Positions 1 to 4,313 of a stretch of 4,313 nucleotides of DNA are shown here, in pieces (the stretch's first letter is position 1; each line of letters opens with the position of its first letter). Source of the DNA: a virus (taxonomy: Duplodnaviria > Heunggongvirae > Uroviricota > Caudoviricetes); the IMG/VR virus record IMGVR_UViG_2671180637_000018. The stretch is one strand, 5' to 3'. The notes under the pieces were generated by a model. It had not been told where the DNA came from. It searched no databases and saw only the letters and a list, made by a program, of their open reading frames with translations. The position numbers and the translations under genes were made by a program.

Positions 1-968
1 CCCAGCGTCACGTTATTCGTGTCATACCAGCTGGAGAACTTCTCCAGAATATTAATAAGCGGATTATCCTTCTGCCCCTGCGGCGCACCGGCGATATATT
101 CAAAGGCCTTTTCGGTATCAAGGTCACTTTCAATCGTCGCTGCATACATGGCTTTCACAATGGCCGACTGAAGCTGTGTTGCCTGCAGGGAATCCAGCAT
201 CTTCAGCCGTTCCATGACGCTGTAAAACTGATTAGCCCCACGGGTCTGCCCGTCCTCCACCGGCTCGAAAATATGCAGCATGGCCGGACGCCCGGTGGGT
301 AGTTCACGCGGGATCCGTTCCCATCGTCCACTCCCGGAGAACGGAAAATCATCCTCACAGATATGGTACGCAACGGCACGGCCATATCGATCGACCTCCA
401 CCCCGGCCCGCAGAAAACGGTTCCCCATACCGTGTCCTGGCGTGTCCACCCGTTTCGGACTCACGGCTTTAAAACGCGTACGGAATAACTGCGTGGTTTC
501 CGTATCCCAGACCGGCTGCACAAAGATTTCGCCGTTAAACGCATGAACGCCCACACCTTCACGGATAAATTCCGTGAACGTGCGTTTTCCTTCCACGTCG
601 ATCTCGCCAGACATCCCTTCGGCGTATTCCGACCAGGCCGCCTCCACCTCATCGACAAAGCTTTTTGCTGCGGTCTCCCGCATCCCCAGCCAGCGCCAGT
701 TCGGACGGTAGCTGATAAGAAACATATGCCCGACAATGTGATCCTTATGCAGGGCCACCGCATTGGCCGCTATTCCGTTATTGCGCACCAGATCATCTGC
801 CCGGGCATTCCCCAGACGCAACGCGGGCAGCAGGGCCGCATCGGCACTCTGCGCCGGTGGCAACCACTCCGCCATTTGCCCGCCAAATCCTGCACCGCCC
901 CCGTTGTAGCTGAGACTCTCACGAAGCGGAACGCCGTTCACATCAATCAGGACAGGCGTTCGTTTCAT
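1..968 (-). CDS. B: portal protein (lambda gpB-like), partial: N-terminal ~322 codons, C-terminal part beyond window start
   Basis: Minus-strand frame open from ATG at 968..966 to position 1 (not in the ORF track because it runs off the edge). Manual translation MKRTPVLIDVNGVPLRESLSYNGGGAGFGGQ...NARADDLVRNNG...HIFEPVEDGQTRGANQFYSVMERLKMLDSLQATQLQSAIVKAMYAATIESDLDT matches lambda gpB blocks as recalled. GAGG Shine-Dalgarno just upstream; ATG overlaps the gpW stop (ATGA), as at the lambda W/B junction. Confidence 0.85.
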   Translation of the reverse strand, partial: MKRTPVLIDVNGVPLRESLSYNGGGAGFGGQMAEWLPPAQSADAALLPALRLGNARADDLVRNNGIAANAVALHKDHIVGHMFLISYRPNWRWLGMRETAAKSFVDEVEAAWSEYAEGMSGEIDVEGKRTFTEFIREGVGVHAFNGEIFVQPVWDTETTQLFRTRFKAVSPKRVDTPGHGMGNRFLRAGVEVDRYGRAVAYHICEDDFPFSGSGRWERIPRELPTGRPAMLHIFEPVEDGQTRGANQFYSVMERLKMLDSLQATQLQSAIVKAMYAATIESDLDTEKAFEYIAGAPQGQKDNPLINILEKFSSWYDTNNVTL

Positions 969-1171
969 AACCTCACTCCCAGCGGACGACGGCGACGCCG
1001 GGTTGTCCCCAGTACCGACTCCGCATCATTGATCGCCCGGTTAAGCTCATCCAGAGAAGCCGCCGTATATTCAATTCTGCGACCATCTTTCTGGACAGAC
1101 ACCACCCGTTTACCGGTTAATAAATCAAGGCGCGCCTGACGCAGCGCCTGCAGTTCAGCGACTGTAACCAT
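965..1171 (-). CDS. W: head completion / head-tail joining protein (lambda gpW-like)
   Basis: 68-aa [71 protein letters not shown]; same length as lambda gpW with the conserved TGKRV.VQKDGRR core. Strong GGAGGA Shine-Dalgarno 4 nt upstream of the ATG; sits between terminase and portal as in lambda. Confidence 0.85.
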   Translation of the reverse strand: MVTVAELQALRQARLDLLTGKRVVSVQKDGRRIEYTAASLDELNRAINDAESVLGTTRRRRRPLGVRL

Positions 1172-3083
1172 TCACTCCTCCGGACAGCTTCGCTGCCAGT
1201 TCTTTCAGGGTTGGCCGGGTCGTCTCTTCTTCCCGGGATTTTGCCAGTACAGCCAGATCAAGCTGCCAGCGTTGCACGGACACACGTAATGCCGCGTAGG
1301 CATACACCAGGCAGTCCAGCGCTTCGTTACGCCGCTTTTTGTTATCCCACAGCAGACGCATCTTTCCTTTTTCCCACTTCTCCACCAGCTCTTCCGCCAC
1401 CAGTTGCTGCGCCTCTGTCTGCGAAAAAATCTCCGGATCATCAGGAAAACGGATGGCATACGACGTGGCTTCATCCGCAGGCGAGGGATCGGCTTTCATA
1501 CGGGCATAGAGAATTTCTTTTGCGGTGTCCGTTCCCACTTCACACAGATACACGCCCCGCTGATTGCGGGTTTTTGGCATGGTGATCACCGGCTTGCCAT
1601 AGACAGATGCGCCTTTTACCGGCAGCACCCGGAAAACACCGTGTTTTTTTGATCTCTGATAAACAATTTCACCATCGATCCCCCCGGTGTCCCAGCAGAC
1701 ACGGGAAATAGTCATTTCGGTGCCATCCGCATGGCGGTATTTTTTGTTGATCGCCGCATCCACACGTAACAGCGTCTCTTCCTCATCAGGACGCCCCATA
1801 ATGATGATTTTATCCACCAGAAAGGCTTCCTCTCCCGGAGCCCATCCCCAGACATACATCTCAAAACGGTTTCGCTGCGAGTCAATGCCCGCCGTCAGAT
1901 AAACCACCCGGGCAGGCACCGCCGCCGTGTAACGCACCACCTTATCCATCAGTACCTGGTGATCGAGTTTTTCGCCCACGGCCTCTTCCCAGGTCTCGCC
2001 CAGCGTGGTGTTCACAAAGGTTTTCAGGCCGTTGGGATCTTTCAGTGCATCCAGCCAGTCATAGACAATCTGTACCCAGGTGGTGAACGGACTGTACGCC
2101 GTCCAGATATGGAAAGTGATGGAGCGCGGCGGCGGAATTTCATTACCCGCAGCGCTGAAAAACGTCAGGCCGTCACGGGTCCACATGCCCGTGTTTTCAC
2201 AGATCCACCGCCCGTTGTTCTGGTCCAGTTCAGACTGATGGATCACGCAGCCATGATGTTCACAGAGGTAGAAAACGCTTTCGGGACTGTCCTTCTCCCA
2301 TTTAAGCCCAAAAGGCGTGGACTCATCGCCAAATTTCAGATACTGCGCCTCCCCACAGTGCGGGCAGGGCACATAAAAACGCATGAAATGCGCCGACTCG
2401 TTGGCCGCTTTTTCGATCTGGCAGGAGCCTTTGATTTTAGGAGTCGAGCCGCGAATGGATTTGGGCCATACAGAGCCCTCAATACGTTTATCCCCCAGCA
2501 GGGTTGGCGAACCCTCTTTTTCAACATCCGGTTCGAACGAGGAAAGCTCGTCATAACAGACCACATCCACGGATTTTTCACGGTAGTTTTTTGCTGCCGC
2601 TCCCCCCAGACACCAGAAACCCACACCGGAGGAAAAACGCTTCAGGGTGAGCGTATTATCGCGGTGTTTTCTTCCGAACCATGGAGCCAGCTCCAGCAAC
2701 GCAGGAACCTCCCTTATCGTTGGCTCAACATGAGATTTCATAAAATCTTCAGCAGCTGAGTCCGTGGGCTGAAAAAGAAGGCTGTTGCGTGATTTATGCT
2801 CAATAAAATAAGCCTCCACTCCCAGCAACATCTTTGTATAACCAACACGGGCAGATTTAATCAGGTTAACAGTGCGAATCAAATCGTTGCCCATACAGTT
2901 CATGATGCCAACCTGAAACGGCAGTGTTTCCCACCGCCCCGGGGTATAAGACGACTCTTTAGGAAGGTAATAATGTTTATTGGCCCACTGAACTGTCGTC
3001 AGTGGAACAGGAATAATGAGAGATAAAAGCCCTGTTGCTATCGCACCGGCTGCATTAGCTGCCTTCTGCGCGTCTGAAATCAT
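1155..3083 (-). CDS. A: terminase large subunit (lambda gpA-like)
   Basis: 656-aa track ORF (1155..3125) collinear with lambda gpA over its full length: [103 protein letters not shown]. Start placed at the second in-frame ATG (3083..3081, MISDAQK...), which aligns with the lambda gpA N-terminus, has a GGTGGA-like SD upstream and gives the lambda-like 29-nt overlap with the Nu1 3' end; the ATG at 3125 has no SD. Confidence 0.9.
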   Translation of the reverse strand: MISDAQKAANAAGAIATGLLSLIIPVPLTTVQWANKHYYLPKESSYTPGRWETLPFQVGIMNCMGNDLIRTVNLIKSARVGYTKMLLGVEAYFIEHKSRNSLLFQPTDSAAEDFMKSHVEPTIREVPALLELAPWFGRKHRDNTLTLKRFSSGVGFWCLGGAAAKNYREKSVDVVCYDELSSFEPDVEKEGSPTLLGDKRIEGSVWPKSIRGSTPKIKGSCQIEKAANESAHFMRFYVPCPHCGEAQYLKFGDESTPFGLKWEKDSPESVFYLCEHHGCVIHQSELDQNNGRWICENTGMWTRDGLTFFSAAGNEIPPPRSITFHIWTAYSPFTTWVQIVYDWLDALKDPNGLKTFVNTTLGETWEEAVGEKLDHQVLMDKVVRYTAAVPARVVYLTAGIDSQRNRFEMYVWGWAPGEEAFLVDKIIIMGRPDEEETLLRVDAAINKKYRHADGTEMTISRVCWDTGGIDGEIVYQRSKKHGVFRVLPVKGASVYGKPVITMPKTRNQRGVYLCEVGTDTAKEILYARMKADPSPADEATSYAIRFPDDPEIFSQTEAQQLVAEELVEKWEKGKMRLLWDNKKRRNEALDCLVYAYAALRVSVQRWQLDLAVLAKSREEETTRPTLKELAAKLSGGVNGYSR

Positions 3084-3603
3084 CGATCCACCCGCCCACG
3101 TTTTCACCGGCCTTAGCTGAAACATTGGAGGCTTTCGCGATTTCAGTTTTCACCACATCAAGGTGTGATGGTGAAATGTCCGGATATTTACGCTGTAATG
3201 TCAACGGCACACGCACAAGTATCCCCGAAATCTCCTGTGCCACACGTTGCAGAATGAAGGTAAACAGTTCAGTTTCCAGCACTACTCCGTCTTCACGGGC
3301 ATTTTTCAGTTCCTGCGCATCTGCCTGCGCTTTTGTGAGCCGGTAGCGTTCATAGTCAATGGTGCCGGGTTGTAAATCTGACTCCGCTGCCGCACGCAAA
3401 TCGTCCAGTTCTTTGCGGAGCTTTTCGTTTTCGATATCAGTTTCCCTCTGCGCATACCACTGAATTGCCATGGCAGTATCAAATACAGATTCAATGCCCT
3501 TACTACCTTTGGAGGCGCAAGGGAGTCCCTGAGACTGCCAGCGTTCAATCGTCCGCGGGTCCACGTTGAAAATTTCGGCAAGCCTCTTTTTATTAACCTT
3601 CAT
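3055..3603 (-). CDS. Nu1: terminase small subunit (lambda gpNu1-like), DNA-recognition subunit
   Basis: 182-aa [31 protein letters not shown]...[29 protein letters not shown] matches lambda Nu1 (MEVNKKQLADIF...RTIQNWQEQGMP...[28 protein letters not shown]) as recalled. Lies immediately downstream of the cos site and overlaps the gpA start, as in lambda. Confidence 0.9.
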   Translation of the reverse strand: MKVNKKRLAEIFNVDPRTIERWQSQGLPCASKGSKGIESVFDTAMAIQWYAQRETDIENEKLRKELDDLRAAAESDLQPGTIDYERYRLTKAQADAQELKNAREDGVVLETELFTFILQRVAQEISGILVRVPLTLQRKYPDISPSHLDVVKTEIAKASNVSAKAGENVGGWIDDFRRAEGS

Positions 3604-3630
3604 GAAAACAACCCATTATCAAATACAAGG

Positions 3631-3642
3631 CCCGACATGAAA
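3631..3642 (-). promoter_or_regulatory. R1-like Nu1 binding site (cccgacatgaaa; minus-strand core CATGTCGG)
   Basis: Forms a perfect 11-bp inverted repeat with 3670..3680 (ccgacatgaaa / tttcatgtcgg); closest repeat to the Nu1 start (about 29 bp), the position of lambda R1. Confidence 0.6.
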
Positions 3643-3669
3643 ACGCCAGAAAAAGGCATTTTCGGACAC

Positions 3670-3680
3670 TTTCATGTCGG
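3670..3680 (+). promoter_or_regulatory. R2-like Nu1 binding site, inverted relative to R1 and R3 (tttcatgtcgg)
   Basis: Inverted partner of 3632..3642; orientation opposite to the other two copies, as for lambda R2. Confidence 0.6.
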
Positions 3681-3689
3681 ACCTTTACG

Positions 3690-3726
3690 GATGCAATATT
3701 AAAAAAAACAAAAAGTTATATTCGAG
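3690..3726. promoter_or_regulatory. A/T-tract region, candidate IHF (I1-like) bending site between R2 and R3
   Basis: gatgcaatattaaaaaaaacaaaaagttatattcg; positional equivalent of lambda I1 (AACTTAATGTTTTTATTTAAAATA) and similar on the minus strand (ATATAACTTTTTGTTTTTTTTAATATTGC). No exact IHF consensus verified. Confidence 0.4.
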
Positions 3727-3731
3727 AAGTA

Positions 3732-3739
3732 CCGACACG
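3732..3739 (-). promoter_or_regulatory. R3-like Nu1 binding site (ccgacacg; minus-strand CGTGTCGG)
   Basis: Third copy of the core with one mismatch, same orientation as R1, at the position corresponding to lambda R3. Confidence 0.45.
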
Positions 3740-3779
3740 ATTTTCCCTGAAAAATTTTCATAAATAGTGAAAAACCGCG

Positions 3780-3791
3780 AGGTCGCCGCCC
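3780..3791 (-). other. cosN: 12-bp cohesive-end site (minus strand 5'-GGGCGGCGACCT-3')
   Basis: Plus strand aggtcgccgccc at 3780..3791 is the exact reverse complement of the lambda cohesive end, with lambda-like flanks on both sides. Confidence 0.85.
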
Positions 3792-3835
3792 CGTAACGGT
3801 CTGGATCACCGGAAAGGACCCGCCAACGACTTTCG
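3792..3835 (-). other. cosQ-containing segment (right-end side of cos)
   Basis: Plus strand cgtaacggtctggatcaccggaaaggacccg closely resembles the reverse complement of the lambda right end (GGGTCCTTTCCGGTGATCCGACAGGTTACG, from memory). Exact cosQ bounds not determinable here. Confidence 0.55.
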
Positions 3836-3849
3836 CGTGCAGGCATTAA

Positions 3850-4003
3850 AAATTTTGCAGTTCCATGCCTAGTTGAAACCTCGATTTCTATAACATCCAA
3901 TTTTGTAAATTTAGATATAGCTCAACTTTTCCCAATGTTTTCAAGTGTATAAAAACAATTGGCGTTACGCCATAACACTATACTTAGGATAAGTAAAGAT
4001 TTT
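3850..4003 (+). promoter_or_regulatory. AT-rich leader likely carrying the promoter/operator for the plus-strand accessory genes
   Basis: Visibly AT-rich non-coding stretch upstream of a strong RBS. Several weak sigma70-like hexamers (TTGAAA 3873..3878, TTGTAA 3903..3908, TATAAA 3948..3953, TATACT 3979..3984), none with a convincing -35/-10 pairing at 16-18 bp, so the promoter is not pinpointed. Confidence 0.25.
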
Positions 4004-4009
4004 AAGGAG
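4004..4009 (+). promoter_or_regulatory. Shine-Dalgarno (AAGGAG) for ORF 4015..4266
   Basis: aaggag followed by a 5-nt spacer and ATG at 4015. Confidence 0.55.
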
Positions 4010-4014
4010 TTTTA

Positions 4015-4266
4015 ATGAGTCAACATCAATATTATCCACAGCTGAAATGGAAGCCTGCTGAATATGAATCTCTGATGCTTTTAGATCAAACTACGCTCTC
4101 TGGTTTTACTCCGATCATTACCATTCCAGACATAGACTGGGATTATGAAAACGAATGCTACAAGAAGAGTTTGAGTTCTTACTTATCTGACTTCGGTATT
4201 AACCTTGCGGCATCCTGGAAAGCCAATCTGATCTTACCCAGCAATAGTGGACACGCGGCTAAGTGA
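4015..4266 (+). CDS. hypothetical small protein (83 aa), first gene of AT-rich accessory cassette; family not recognised
   Basis: ORF MSQHQYYPQLKWKPAEYESLMLLDQTTLSGFTPIITIPDIDWDYENECYKK... with a strong SD at optimal spacing. AT-rich codon usage unlike the phage structural genes; plus strand, opposite to the late operon. Ends at TGA 4264..4266; the next ATG (4294) is in the same frame. Confidence 0.55.
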   Translation: MSQHQYYPQLKWKPAEYESLMLLDQTTLSGFTPIITIPDIDWDYENECYKKSLSSYLSDFGINLAASWKANLILPSNSGHAAK

Positions 4267-4281
4267 GTAAACTCTCAGTCA

Positions 4282-4287
4282 GAGGTG
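4282..4287 (+). promoter_or_regulatory. Shine-Dalgarno (GAGGTG) for downstream gene
   Basis: gaggtg 6 nt upstream of ATG at 4294. Confidence 0.4.
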
Positions 4288-4293
4288 ACTCAC

Positions 4294-4313
4294 ATGACAA
4301 AAACAGTATCAAC
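4294..4313 (+). CDS. hypothetical protein, 5' end only (MTKTVS...), continues beyond window
   Basis: ATG with a good SD 27 nt after the stop of the upstream ORF, same strand and same frame; only 6 codons visible. Confidence 0.35.

Larger units (their letters stand above)
3604..3779 (-). promoter_or_regulatory. cosB-like terminase-binding region (R1, R2, R3 repeats plus A-tract IHF-like site) between cosN and the Nu1 start
   Basis: Layout mirrors lambda cosB: three copies of a C(A/G)TGTCGG core, two in one orientation and the middle one inverted, with an A/T-rich tract between the distal pair. The 45 bp next to cosN are near-identical to lambda (minus strand CTCGCGGTTTTTCACTATTTATGAAAATTTTTCAGG versus lambda CTCGCGGGTTTTCGCTATTTATGAAAATTTTCCGG, from memory). 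Confidence 0.7.

Noticed and set aside
203-763. Short ORFs 203..385(-), 280..546(+), 461..763(-) in the track
   Set aside because: All are in frames other than the portal frame (which is open from 968 to 1) and lie within it; alternative-frame artefacts.
543-1139. 198-aa plus-strand ORF antisense to portal and gpW
   Set aside because: Lies opposite the well-supported portal and gpW coding frames; Arg-rich low-complexity product; no recognisable similarity.
1959-2759. 266-aa plus-strand ORF inside the terminase large subunit gene
   Set aside because: Antisense to a gene with strong full-length homology to lambda gpA; Arg/Pro/Gly-rich composition typical of spurious antisense frames in GC-rich coding DNA; no convincing RBS.
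3083-3125. Upstream ATG (3125) as the gpA start
   Set aside because: No Shine-Dalgarno, and the extension [14 protein letters not shown] has no counterpart in lambda gpA; the internal ATG at 3083 aligns with the lambda N-terminus.
1205-3581. Short alternative-frame ORFs within A and Nu1 (1205..1474-, 1211..1585+, 1404..1652+, 1687..1902+, 2336..2626-, 2796..3026+, 3125..3346+, 3306..3581-)
   Set aside because: Embedded in or antisense to the terminase genes, with no RBS or recognisable similarity; expected background ORFs in GC-rich coding sequence.
3685-3900. 71-aa minus-strand ORF spanning cosB/cosN/cosQ
   Set aside because: Crosses the cohesive-end site and the cosB repeats, which are non-coding in lambda; the region is explained by cos elements; no RBS.
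1-4313. tRNA, rRNA, CRISPR array, integrase/att site or insertion sequence
   Set aside because: No cloverleaf-like structures, direct-repeat/spacer arrays, or terminal inverted repeats with a transposase ORF are visible; the window is accounted for by phage head genes, cos and the accessory cassette.

Overview
This window is the left end of a lambda-like (cos-type) phage or prophage head-morphogenesis region, read on the minus strand, followed by an AT-rich accessory cassette on the plus strand. In minus-strand order (high to low coordinate) it holds a complete lambda-type cos site (cosQ, cosN with the 12-nt GGGCGGCGACCT, cosB with three R-site-like repeats and an A-tract IHF-like site), then Nu1-like small terminase, gpA-like large terminase, gpW-like head completion protein and the 5' part of a gpB-like portal gene that runs off the window start. 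Past cosQ, similarity to lambda stops and composition turns visibly AT-rich (about 3850-4313). That stretch carries at least two plus-strand genes with strong Shine-Dalgarno sites, opposite in orientation to the late operon: an 83-codon ORF and the first codons of a second gene. I do not recognise either product; this moron-like cassette is the best candidate for an undescribed accessory system, but most of it lies outside the window. All homology statements come from recalled lambda sequences, not a database search.
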